A stretch of DNA of 30,328 bases, from IMG/VR virus record IMGVR_UViG_3300032219_001928, positions 1 to 30,328 of that record; one strand, given 5' to 3'. Below, one piece after another: positions 1 through 8,378 of the stretch. The translations under genes were made by a program, and so were the position numbers. Each line of letters begins with the position of its first letter. The stretch's first letter is position 1. The stretch is from a virus (lineage: Duplodnaviria > Caudoviricetes). Below the pieces are notes generated by a model, which saw only the letters and a list, made by a program, of their open reading frames with translations, made no database searches and had not been told where the DNA came from.

Positions 1-123
1 AGGCTACCGTCAACGGGTGGCGCAACTTTTGACGGCCTCACCGCTTAACACATCATGTCAGATACAACCGTTTCAAAATCAGCAGTCTGGGATTCCAAGT
101 TGGGAGGCTTTGTCACGACGACG
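1..123. repeat. Terminal direct repeat (copy 1); circular-assembly overlap
   Basis: 1-123 (AGGCTACCGT...CACGACGACG) is identical to 30206-30328. The repeat joins the end of the tape measure gene to the start of the 55..720 gene. Confidence 0.97.
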
Positions 124-720
124 ACGCTTGAAAACCTTATTCAGTTTCCGTCAATACCAGAAGGAGCTGTCGATGTCACCAAGTCCGTTGAGAACGGAAC
201 CTATCGGGTCACCTACAAGGATCTTGGCGACACGACGGGTTCAAGTCCTGTTCCCCCTGCGGCAAATTACAATTACGAATGCCACACATCGGTCTCGACG
301 GAGCCTCTCATCACCTTTGGATCGTTTCAGTCAGGCGGGACATGGGCGCTTAATGATGATGCCAAGTCAAAGATCAAAGCCGCCGAATCTGACCCATTGC
401 TCTGGAAAACATACGCCACCGGAACAGATGGCCTTGCCAAGTACGCTGAATTTATTCTTCAGGGAATCGAGTCTTTTTATGCGCCGACGGTGACGCTGAC
501 AACCACTTCCGATGAGTCCACTCTGCCGACGCTAAATAATTTAGGGAAGATTGCGACGGTGACCAATGCCCCAGAGCTTCCCTCGGGGGGGAATTGGCTT
601 TTTTCAGGGTGCAATTTTTCAGCGTTGCAAAACGGGAAATGGAGGATTTCCCGCGAATACAGGGCCAGCGGGAAAAACGGGTGGAATTCTGATCTCTACG
701 GCAACGGCGGCGCGGCATAA
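55..720 (+). CDS. Putative distal tail/baseplate protein
   Basis: 221 aa ORF directly downstream of the tape measure gene on the circle; beta-rich, Thr/Ser/Gly-rich. Function inferred from position. Confidence 0.6.
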   Translation: MSDTTVSKSAVWDSKLGGFVTTTTLENLIQFPSIPEGAVDVTKSVENGTYRVTYKDLGDTTGSSPVPPAANYNYECHTSVSTEPLITFGSFQSGGTWALNDDAKSKIKAAESDPLLWKTYATGTDGLAKYAEFILQGIESFYAPTVTLTTTSDESTLPTLNNLGKIATVTNAPELPSGGNWLFSGCNFSALQNGKWRISREYRASGKNGWNSDLYGNGGAA

Positions 721-726
721 GCGGCC

Positions 727-1314
727 ATGAAAAGGCTGCCAAGACTTTCCAAATCGGGAATCCTTACCCCCTCCCAATGGGATGGGGTTGCCAAGGTCAT
801 CGAGGATAACTTCCGCCAAGTCACGCTCCAGCCTGGGATTGGTTACACTCTCAAGACCGGCCCCGGAGGATCTTCTTTTGTTGTGACGCCACAGATTCCT
901 CAAAAAAACCTTCAGCCTTTCGATGTGATGAGTGGAACCGCAGAAGGGGCTCCTACGGCGACGATCGTGCCGGGGACGCTCAACGGCATCTTGCCGACCA
1001 ACATGTTTGATTCGTTCACGCTTGATGCGACCTCGACGTGGTATTTCAAGGCGGGGGCTACCACGGATGGGACACAGGTGACAGCGGTGGAGATTTATGT
1101 CGATAACAGCCCGCCGGATGTCCAGGTTCCCGTGCCGCAGGCCCTTCCTGCGTCGTTTGATAAACTCTTTGCCATCTCGGTGGCAGGGAAAGTGTTCCGC
1201 ATGATCTCAGACGGCAGCATCACGGTGGCGGCGCAACCTCTCTTCACGGCGGATCGAGATTCATGGGCACCCGGCAAACCGATGACGGAGACCTGGTATT
1301 CGTGGGCGGTCTGA
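727..1314 (+). CDS. Putative minor tail protein
   Basis: 195 aa ORF 6 nt after the previous stop in the tail operon. Function from position only. Confidence 0.55.
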   Translation: MKRLPRLSKSGILTPSQWDGVAKVIEDNFRQVTLQPGIGYTLKTGPGGSSFVVTPQIPQKNLQPFDVMSGTAEGAPTATIVPGTLNGILPTNMFDSFTLDATSTWYFKAGATTDGTQVTAVEIYVDNSPPDVQVPVPQALPASFDKLFAISVAGKVFRMISDGSITVAAQPLFTADRDSWAPGKPMTETWYSWAV

Positions 1315-1327
1315 TCAGGGTCGCATC

Positions 1328-3085
1328 ATGGCCATCGAGTATGTCAGCTACGCGGGGGCTCTTCCCTATAAATCGGGGACGTCAGCGCTTGAACATTCCG
1401 GTAGCTATCAGACGGGTCTGATTTCAGGAAGTTCATCCGAAGTTGGAGGAACGACTTGGAATGGATCGGGAGGGCTTTCTTCTTCGTATAGTTCAACGAC
1501 CACGGGGTTCACTCAGTACACGGAAGAACAGTGCGAACCTGTTTTTTCATTTGATGAGGCACTTGGGTATCCGGTGCAAATCGGGCAGAATTGTAGCACG
1601 GTCACTTTTTCGGATACTTACGGCGAGTCGAATTCTTTTTCGACGGAAGAATCTCGCTCCGCTGGAACCTATGAACAGGAGATGCAGACCTCGACCACCG
1701 TGGAAATCACCGACACGCGTGGCACGGTGATGGGCACATCAGGCACGACGTTTCCCACGGTGACCACCGGCTCGGTGGGATCGGAAACCTTTCACACCAC
1801 CACCCTGACGTTCTCAACATGGCCGATGACGACGGTCGGCACCGAATCGGCCACCTATGGCCAGCTTGCATTGACCTCAGCCGGTGTCACCACGATCACC
1901 GGCGCCGCGCTTTGGAACACGATCGTGATCGCCGACACGGCTCTTGGTGAGATCCTGATCATCCCAACCTCTGAGGGAACGGGCATGCTTTCCGATCTTT
2001 GCACGACGGCCACGGCCACCACGTTTTTCGGCAGCGTGGAGGCGGGCACCGGGGGAGTCGGGGCAAACGATTACCAGTTCACCTCCTACTCGGGTCTCAA
2101 AGAATCCACAGTCACCGTGACCACGACCACCGGAACGACCAGCTATCCGTTCGTGATTTCCGCGTTCCCCGTGCTGACAGGCTCCTCCTCGGAGGATCTG
2201 ACCACCACGACGACCACGGTTGAAGAATACGGGCTCAATGGATATTGGCAGACTTACTTGACCGACCTTTCTCAAGTGACACAAGGGACAATGGTTGGCA
2301 CGGACTTCACGACACAAAATTACAACGGCCCCGGAGCAATCGCTTATTTTGGAAATGCTGGAACCACGGGACTGATCGGGGTCGATGTTGGGGTGGGTGC
2401 CGCTTTTAATGCGATTCCGCCCTTAGGGGTGGCCGTGCAAGGAGTCGATACCCGCTTCACAGAGTCACGATTTGCCCACGGCATGGCTGTGCCGCCTCAG
2501 ACCACCAGTTTCACGTCGTCCGGCGGTTTTGCCGATGCCATTGATGCCGGGGTGATGACCGGCTCTTATCCTGCCGAACAGTGGGTTTCGGTCTTCCCTG
2601 GCGTTGCCATGCCGATGCCGGTCTCCACCTACCTCGAACTCAACTACACCCGCGACTCTAGTTCGATGGGTCCCGGCTCAATGACCACGACGGCCTTGGT
2701 CAGTTACGGCTCATCGGGATACTCGGTGACCACCGCAACCTCCTCGGGATCGGGGAGCAATACGACCCGAGGCACGGGATCGACCTTCTATTCTTTCGTG
2801 AGGCAAGGGACAACCGAAGCATCCAGTTTCATTGATGGGATTGCAGGCGGGAACCCCTATTTCCCCAACGCCACCTATCCCGCAGCGGGAACCATCGAGC
2901 TGCAAACTTGGAATGCCTCCACGAGTGGCATTGAAACGACCACCTTCACCGGGGGTGATGAGTTGGAGGGAGATGGTGGCCTGACCAGGATCATTCCCGA
3001 TGCCTCGGCGACGGCCTACCATTATGCGAGCTATTTTTACGGGGAACCCTCATTTTCTCCCTACATCGTGACCAGCTTCGCATGA
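1328..3085 (+). CDS. Thr/Ser/Gly-rich acidic (mucin-like) putative virion protein
   Basis: 585 aa with long Thr runs (TVTVTTTTGTT, DLTTTTTTV). Only 2 Lys and about 8 Arg by my count. Lies in the tail operon. Confidence 0.7.
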   Translation: MAIEYVSYAGALPYKSGTSALEHSGSYQTGLISGSSSEVGGTTWNGSGGLSSSYSSTTTGFTQYTEEQCEPVFSFDEALGYPVQIGQNCSTVTFSDTYGESNSFSTEESRSAGTYEQEMQTSTTVEITDTRGTVMGTSGTTFPTVTTGSVGSETFHTTTLTFSTWPMTTVGTESATYGQLALTSAGVTTITGAALWNTIVIADTALGEILIIPTSEGTGMLSDLCTTATATTFFGSVEAGTGGVGANDYQFTSYSGLKESTVTVTTTTGTTSYPFVISAFPVLTGSSSEDLTTTTTTVEEYGLNGYWQTYLTDLSQVTQGTMVGTDFTTQNYNGPGAIAYFGNAGTTGLIGVDVGVGAAFNAIPPLGVAVQGVDTRFTESRFAHGMAVPPQTTSFTSSGGFADAIDAGVMTGSYPAEQWVSVFPGVAMPMPVSTYLELNYTRDSSSMGPGSMTTTALVSYGSSGYSVTTATSSGSGSNTTRGTGSTFYSFVRQGTTEASSFIDGIAGGNPYFPNATYPAAGTIELQTWNASTSGIETTTFTGGDELEGDGGLTRIIPDASATAYHYASYFYGEPSFSPYIVTSFA

Positions 3086-4119
3086 TTGCGATCACCGTCT
3101 CGGCAACCAAGGGGTATCTCCATGCTTGGCCCCAGTGCCTGCGGGGGATTGCCTCGGCGGCAGGCCACCATGCGGAGGCTCATTTCATCTTTTCAACAGA
3201 CGAGAGCAAGGAAGCCGAGGCCGCCGCCGAAGTGGCCAAGCGTGAACTCCCCGAAGGGTGGAAGGTCACCGTCCTCCGGCTCCCAATCACCGAGGATGCC
3301 AAAGACTACAAGGAGGCGGCACAACTACGGATCGCCGCGCTTCAGGGGGCTGGCTTTGCCTTTGCTCGGAAAATCCGTGCCTCGATGTGCTGGGTGGTCG
3401 AGAGCGACACGATCCCGACGGCAGATTCCCTCCGGGTGCTGGAATGGACTCTCCTGATGCCTCAAGCCGACGGGCGGCCCTACTACGACATAGCGGCGGC
3501 CACCTATCCGAACGGCCTCTTCCTTGGGGGCTTCGGAGACCCGCGCCACCAGATCGCCGAAGATTTCTTGGCTGAGGAGAGGAAGCTCAAGCCCCGCCTC
3601 AAGTTCCTGATGGATGAGACAGAGAAAAGGCTGAAAGCGATCCCCCGACCGACTCATGCACGGGAGGCAGAGGCGGCTCAAAAGATTGGCGAAAAGGAAG
3701 GCAAGCGGATGGGTCGCCTTCGAGAACGGGTCAAGAAATCGCCCCCCCTGGGGAATGTCTTTGAATTGAACTCCAAAGGATACCGCCGTCGGGGGTGGAT
3801 GGATCACGCCTATCCTGGCATCGGGCTCGGTTCAGTGGTTCCGAGCGATTGGTGCGGGCTCGGCTGCACGCTACTTTCAAAGGCCGCTCTGGCTCATGCT
3901 GATTTCACCGGCTACGAGGGAAAGGGGACTCAAGATCTTTTTCTCTGCTGGAGCCGGTGGCACCCTGCGGCGCTGAAGATCGCCTGCGTCCCCCATATCG
4001 TCTGCGATCACATCAAACGGCAAGAGGGCAAGATCACCCATTTCCGCGCCTACCATGAGGCTGATGGGGAATGCCGGGGTCACCTCCGGCAGCGGGGTCA
4101 GAATTTTGTGAGCGTATGA
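3082..4119 (+). CDS. Glycosyltransferase, GT-A fold (GT2-like)
   Basis: N-terminal beta strand MIAITVSAT, DxD-like WVVESD, C-terminal WCGLGCTLLSK, GTQDLFLCW and CDH motifs typical of GT2-like enzymes. ATGA overlap with the upstream gene. Confidence 0.7.
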   Translation: MIAITVSATKGYLHAWPQCLRGIASAAGHHAEAHFIFSTDESKEAEAAAEVAKRELPEGWKVTVLRLPITEDAKDYKEAAQLRIAALQGAGFAFARKIRASMCWVVESDTIPTADSLRVLEWTLLMPQADGRPYYDIAAATYPNGLFLGGFGDPRHQIAEDFLAEERKLKPRLKFLMDETEKRLKAIPRPTHAREAEAAQKIGEKEGKRMGRLRERVKKSPPLGNVFELNSKGYRRRGWMDHAYPGIGLGSVVPSDWCGLGCTLLSKAALAHADFTGYEGKGTQDLFLCWSRWHPAALKIACVPHIVCDHIKRQEGKITHFRAYHEADGECRGHLRQRGQNFVSV

Positions 4120-4190
4120 ACAAAGACATTCTCTTTAGGGACGATCCTCCCTCCGAGCCGAATGCTTTCTCTTTTGACGGCACCTTTTGA
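4116..4190 (+). CDS. Possible 24-aa micro-ORF (MNKDILFRDDPPSEPNAFSFDGTF)
   Basis: ATGA overlap with the GT stop; fills the gap, and its TGA lies inside the TTTGACA motif. Confidence 0.3.
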   Translation: MNKDILFRDDPPSEPNAFSFDGTF

Positions 4191-4192
4191 CA
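4186..4192 (+). promoter_or_regulatory. TTTGACA late-gene motif, 16 nt before ATG 4209
   Basis: One of 10 copies at 13-17 nt from a start codon. Confidence 0.75.
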
Positions 4193-4208
4193 TCAGGTCG
4201 CCTTCTGT

Positions 4209-4574
4209 ATGGCCGCGACCTTTGATCTCACTGGTGACAACCGAATCTTCTGCGGTGCTTCCTACTCTTATGGAGTCACGCTGACCGACGGGGCCTCTTC
4301 CCCCGCCGCCATCAACCTGACCGGGTGCACGCTGGCATCCCAGATCCGCAAGACTCAGGGGGCGACCGACATCCTGGCGACCTTTTCCATTTCCATCACC
4401 TCGGCCTCGCTTGGCAAGGCGACCCTTTCGCTTTCACCGACCCAGACCGCTGCGCTCCCCGCCACCCCGGAGGGAACCTCCTGGAAGCACGATGTGCTTC
4501 TGACCCGCGCCGATGGGAGCAAGATCCGCATCCTCGAGGGGGATGTCGAAGTGGATGCCTCCGTAACGAGGTAA
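4209..4574 (+). CDS. Tail fibre adaptor / BppU N-terminal-like beta-sandwich protein
   Basis: Pattern GAS..SQIRK..ATF..G.ATLSL..QT.ALP..W.HDV..G..ILEG.V.V..VTR, typical of small proteins preceding tail fibres. Confidence 0.65.
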   Translation: MAATFDLTGDNRIFCGASYSYGVTLTDGASSPAAINLTGCTLASQIRKTQGATDILATFSISITSASLGKATLSLSPTQTAALPATPEGTSWKHDVLLTRADGSKIRILEGDVEVDASVTR

Positions 4575-4578
4575 CGTC

Positions 4579-6288
4579 ATGGCCACCGACATCAGCGTCA
4601 TCGTTTCTCCGGCTCAGATCGCCACGGCTGTCACCTTGGCCACCGGAGCCCCCGGAGCCAATGGAGCCGCAGGATCTGATGCCTCGGTGACCTCGGCCAA
4701 TATCACCTCGGCCCTTGGCTATACGCCCGACAGCCCGACCTCCACCCGGCCTCCGGCCTCCCACACCCATCCCCTCTCGCAGATCACCCAGAGCGGGGCG
4801 ACCAGCGGACAGGTTCCCTCATGGAATGGCACCGCGTGGGTTCCTGCCACGCCGACCACGGGCAATTCATTTGACCAATCGCTCAACACGACTGACAGCC
4901 CCTCTTTTTCCGCCCTTTCCGTTGGCCCCGCCTCTTCGGGTGCCGGTATCACCATTGGAACGTCCAATGGATTATTCGCTTTGGATGTCACTGAAGAACT
5001 TGCACAAGATCGGGGGTTGGGACAAACTGTCCATCTCGCTCAAGATGGCGTGAACGGAGGTGATAACCCCTTTGGTGTCACTTGGAGATTAGATTCAGAG
5101 GCCGTTGCTGGCGGCGGTTTTTACGGTGAAAATTGGTCTCTGAACAAAAGTGGCATTTTCGGTAATGCCAATGAAGGTGGTTTAAGTTTTCCGTGGCAGT
5201 TCACGACCACCGGCATCTCGGTGGATCGCACCAATGGCGATGGTGGTCAATTTTCTCTGAACGAGTATGGCATCGCGGGAAGGTATCAGGATGAAAACGG
5301 CAACTTTGTTGTCTGGAGCCTGAACCCTGCAAACTTACCCGCTTCCTATTTTAGCGGTTCTTACGCCGATCTGACGGGAACCCCTTCAACCTTTGCGCCC
5401 TCGGCCCACGCTTCAAGTCACGCCAGCGGGGGAAGCGATGCCCTGACCCTTGCTTCTTCCCAGATCACCGGCCTCGCTTCGGTCGCCACCAGCGGATCGG
5501 CTTCTGACATCGGATCTGGAACGCTCGCTGACGCACGACTCTCCAGCAACGTCCCTCTCGACAACCAGAACAACAATTTCACGGCAGGCCAGAGCATCAC
5601 CGCCCCCGCCAACACCTCTGCCCTGACGGCTTCCTATTCGGTCACGGGAGCGAACACGACCCCGCTTTTGGATCTCTCGGGAACTTGGAACACATCGGGT
5701 GTTGCTAGGGGCATCCTTCTCAACATCACCGATACGGCGAGTGCGGCTTCTAGCTTGCTCATGGATCTGCGAGTTAATGGGTCTTCAAGAGTACAGATAA
5801 CAAAAGCAGGAACCTTTTTGCCTTCAGGAAACATAGCAGCTCCTTCGGGAAATTATATCGGGTTTGCTTCAGCCGACTGCCAGTTATTCCGCGATGCAGC
5901 CAACACCCTCGCCCTGCGAAATGGCACGAATGCACAGACGGCTCGCATCTACAACACGTACACGGACGCAAGCAACTACGAGCGTGGGTTCATGCGGTGG
6001 AACTCAAACGTCCTAGAAATCGGAACCGAGGCGGGTGGAACTGGATCAAACAGGGCAGTCCAGATTCATTCCGCTGGTGCAGCAAGGGTTATTTTCACTA
6101 GCGGGGCAGCTCAATTCAATACCAGCGTTCAAATTAATTCTGGCTCAAATCTTCGTCTTATTGGCTCCGCAACCCCAGCGTCCGCAACGGCAACTGGAAC
6201 GACGGGAGACATTCAGCGTGACGCTGACTACATCTACGTCTGCACGGCTACGAATACTTGGAAACGAGTCGCCCTCTCCACTTGGTAA
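4579..6288 (+). CDS. Tail fibre / receptor-binding protein
   Basis: 569 aa. Short collagen-like GAPGANGAAG, HxH knots (ASHTHP, PSAHASSHASGGSD), GQVPSWNGTAWVP repeat, and C-terminal GTTGDIQRDADYIYVCTATNTWKRVAL motif common in fibres. Confidence 0.85.
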   Translation: MATDISVIVSPAQIATAVTLATGAPGANGAAGSDASVTSANITSALGYTPDSPTSTRPPASHTHPLSQITQSGATSGQVPSWNGTAWVPATPTTGNSFDQSLNTTDSPSFSALSVGPASSGAGITIGTSNGLFALDVTEELAQDRGLGQTVHLAQDGVNGGDNPFGVTWRLDSEAVAGGGFYGENWSLNKSGIFGNANEGGLSFPWQFTTTGISVDRTNGDGGQFSLNEYGIAGRYQDENGNFVVWSLNPANLPASYFSGSYADLTGTPSTFAPSAHASSHASGGSDALTLASSQITGLASVATSGSASDIGSGTLADARLSSNVPLDNQNNNFTAGQSITAPANTSALTASYSVTGANTTPLLDLSGTWNTSGVARGILLNITDTASAASSLLMDLRVNGSSRVQITKAGTFLPSGNIAAPSGNYIGFASADCQLFRDAANTLALRNGTNAQTARIYNTYTDASNYERGFMRWNSNVLEIGTEAGGTGSNRAVQIHSAGAARVIFTSGAAQFNTSVQINSGSNLRLIGSATPASATATGTTGDIQRDADYIYVCTATNTWKRVALSTW

Positions 6289-6291
6289 TTT

Positions 6292-6465
6292 ATGAACAAC
6301 AACATGACCCCACAAGAAGCCCTGCAACTCCTCTCCTCTGCCTTGGAACCCCAGGCTCAAGGAAAAATCTCCAGAGCTGGATACATCTCCATTCAGCAAG
6401 CCATTGAAATCCTGGCAGAAGTAGTCGCCCCTAAACCCGAATCCTCCAATGCAACTAACGATTGA
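6292..6465 (+). CDS. Small hypothetical protein (57 aa, MNNNMTPQEALQLL...), possible fibre chaperone
   Basis: Translated by hand (below the ORF-track cutoff). Starts 3 nt after the fibre stop and fills the gap; amphipathic helices. Confidence 0.6.
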   Translation: MNNNMTPQEALQLLSSALEPQAQGKISRAGYISIQQAIEILAEVVAPKPESSNATND

Positions 6466-6709
6466 TCACTCTAAACTCTCGGGCCTGAACGCCATCGTCT
6501 CTCGCCTCAACGCCGTCGAGGGAGCCGAGCAGACCACGCCCGAAGCCTACCTCCTCGCAAGGGTCACCGAGATTCTGGACAGCTACACCCAGCAGGAGGT
6601 GGAGCGCGTGAAGGCCGAGAATGCCGCATTCTTCAACCTCGCCGCCACCTTGCCGACCGAGAAGCAGCAACAACTCCGCGCCCTCGTTCAGCAACTGGCT
6701 GGATCATAG
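6449..6709 (+). CDS. Hypothetical protein
   Basis: 86 aa helical ORF in operon order. Confidence 0.65.
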   Translation: MQLTIDHSKLSGLNAIVSRLNAVEGAEQTTPEAYLLARVTEILDSYTQQEVERVKAENAAFFNLAATLPTEKQQQLRALVQQLAGS

Positions 6710-6711
6710 TC

Positions 6712-6954
6712 ATGCACGACTTGGCCCGATACTTCGACCTAGCACTCAAGGTAGCCACGACCGCCGCCCTGCTAGGCGTTGCCCTTCTGGGAACAAAGTT
6801 CGTGACCAAGGAGGAGTTCACGGCGGCCAACACCAGGATCGAGAAGATCGAGGCCGTCCTCATCCGCATGGAGGCCAATGCTGAGACAGACAAACGGCAC
6901 GACGCACTCATCGCCGATCACGAATCCCGGCTGCGGACGCTGGAGAAGAACTGA
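6712..6954 (+). CDS. Single-TM plus coiled-coil protein (holin/antiholin- or XhlA-like)
   Basis: Hydrophobic LALKVATTAALLGVALLG followed by heptads; C-terminal DHESRLRTLE; at the head of the lysis cassette. Confidence 0.55.
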   Translation: MHDLARYFDLALKVATTAALLGVALLGTKFVTKEEFTAANTRIEKIEAVLIRMEANAETDKRHDALIADHESRLRTLEKN

Positions 6955-6970
6955 ATTTCTGACAGCAGTC

Positions 6971-6977
6971 TTTGACA
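6971..6977 (+). promoter_or_regulatory. TTTGACA late-gene motif, 15 nt before ATG 6993
   Basis: Repeated motif; a near-copy TCTGACA lies at 6958-6964. Confidence 0.75.
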
Positions 6978-6992
6978 GGAGATCCTTCCTTG

Positions 6993-7538
6993 ATGAAGGA
7001 GATTTTCCTCCCCCTCCGGTGGTTCTGGCTGAATTGCCGCCTGATCCTCCTCTGTCTCGAGATCTCCTTTTGGTGCCGGGTCTCCATCATCGTCACCCGA
7101 TGGCAGGTCAGGCTCTTCCGTTGGTCGGGTATCGGTATCCTTTCATTTTTTGCTATCTTATGCGGAGGCTGCGCCTCGGCTCCCAAGACGCCGATCAGCT
7201 ACGCCCCCTCCAACTCGGCGGTCATCAAAGCGGTTTCCACGGCCAAGAATGACGCCTCATCCCTCGCCCCCTATGTGGCCCCGGAGGGGAAGGCCAAGCT
7301 GGCCGCCCTGACCGCCTCCCTGGATCTAGCTCAGTTTGCGGTCGCGGAATACTCGGCCAAGGTCGATGAGGTCTCCCGCCAGCTAGGGCAGGCAAGGGAA
7401 CAGGTCGCCTACGAAAGCGCGAAGCGGATGAAGGCGCTGAAGGAACTCTGGACGCTCCGCATCATCCTGCTCATCGAGATCGGGGCAGTCCTCGGCTATG
7501 TCGGCCTGCGGACAGGCTGGAAATTTGCAATGGCATGA
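6993..7538 (+). CDS. Spanin-like lipoprotein with C-terminal TM helix (u-spanin topology)
   Basis: Hydrophobic stretch ending in lipobox-like LCGGC-AS, Ala-rich coiled coil, then TM IILLIEIGAVLGYVGL. Start moved to ATG 6993. Confidence 0.55.
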   Translation: MKEIFLPLRWFWLNCRLILLCLEISFWCRVSIIVTRWQVRLFRWSGIGILSFFAILCGGCASAPKTPISYAPSNSAVIKAVSTAKNDASSLAPYVAPEGKAKLAALTASLDLAQFAVAEYSAKVDEVSRQLGQAREQVAYESAKRMKALKELWTLRIILLIEIGAVLGYVGLRTGWKFAMA

Positions 7539-7780
7539 ACGATTGGCTCAAACGGGTTTTTTGCGAAAGCAATGGCACGCCATCCAGCGGTCGCCTCCTG
7601 CTCGGCATCGCGGTCTTTGGCGCGGTCGCCTCGGTCGCCTATGTCCTCTGCTTTCATTTTCTGAAAGGGACGATGACCGACATCCCGACCAATGCGGCCA
7701 ACCTCCTCTCCTGGGTGGTCGGTGCCCTCTCGGGTGCCAAGGCCGCTGGGAAATTCGCGGAAGGCCCCCCGTCACCATAG
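7535..7780 (+). CDS. Holin (2 TM)
   Basis: 81 aa with two hydrophobic segments and an SNGTPSSGR N-terminus; immediately upstream of the endolysin. Confidence 0.65.
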   Translation: MNDWLKRVFCESNGTPSSGRLLLGIAVFGAVASVAYVLCFHFLKGTMTDIPTNAANLLSWVVGALSGAKAAGKFAEGPPSP

Positions 7781-7789
7781 CACTTACCT

Positions 7790-8350
7790 ATGACTCCCGA
7801 CTCCATCCTGATTGCTTGTTCGACCAACGGGTTCTCGACCCGCTTCAAGAGGTGGCTGAAGTTTTCACTCAAGTGGGAGTGCGACCTTGATCACGACGGC
7901 CAGATCAAGGTTGAGCATCTTGGGGATGGTGCCGGTGCCACCTTTGCCGGGCTGACCTCCCGCGATGACGGCCTCCCTGAGTCTCCCTCACCGATCTGGG
8001 TCGCTCAGACCTACCAGCAGAAATACTGGCTCGCTTGTCAGGCCGAGGTGATGCCGATGCCGGTGGGGGAAGTGGTCGCCAACTACGCCCTCAACTGCGG
8101 TCTGGGGCGTGCCGCAAGGTTCCTTCAAAGCTCCCTGATTGATTTCGGAGCCAAGATTCAGGCCGACGGAATCATCGGCCCAAAGACGATACAGGCCGCG
8201 TGGAAGGTTCACAACTCTGCGGAGCTTGCCCTTGGGATCATTGCCAAGTCGCAGAGCTACTACGCCAAAATCGCCCTCCAAGGCCGTCAGCAGTGGCTCA
8301 ACGGCTGGATCAACCGTAACCGCGCCCTGCGCGAGGAGTTCTGCGCCTGA
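7790..8350 (+). CDS. Endolysin, glycoside hydrolase family 108-like with PG_binding_3-like C-terminus
   Basis: WE...DGAGATFAGLT, YW, NYALNCG..RAARFLQ, ADGIIGPKT and WLNGWINR motifs. Confidence 0.85.
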   Translation: MTPDSILIACSTNGFSTRFKRWLKFSLKWECDLDHDGQIKVEHLGDGAGATFAGLTSRDDGLPESPSPIWVAQTYQQKYWLACQAEVMPMPVGEVVANYALNCGLGRAARFLQSSLIDFGAKIQADGIIGPKTIQAAWKVHNSAELALGIIAKSQSYYAKIALQGRQQWLNGWINRNRALREEFCA

Positions 8351-8374
8351 GCTTTCATAAGCTCTCTTCTTATT
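8349..8374 (+). terminator. Weak possible intrinsic terminator
   Basis: GAGCTT-TCAT-AAGCTC hairpin followed by TCTTCTTATT at the endolysin stop. Confidence 0.3.
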
Positions 8375-8378
8375 AAAC

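Noticed and set aside
26-36. CTTTTGACGGC (also at 4171-4181), TTTGACT at 16414 and CCTGACA at 26999 as extra late motifs
   Set aside because: Mismatched, with spacers of about 20, 29, 20 and 7 nt, outside the 13-17 range. Not counted, though they may be weak sites.
1-123. 123-bp terminal repeat as a biological terminal repeat
   Set aside because: It falls mid-operon across the tape measure stop, far from terS, and the terminase is lambda gpA-type. It is most simply an assembler overlap of a circle.
4579-6288. Diversity-generating retroelement or invertible tail-fibre cassette
   Set aside because: No reverse transcriptase, no TR/VR pair, and no invertase or inverted fibre copy seen.
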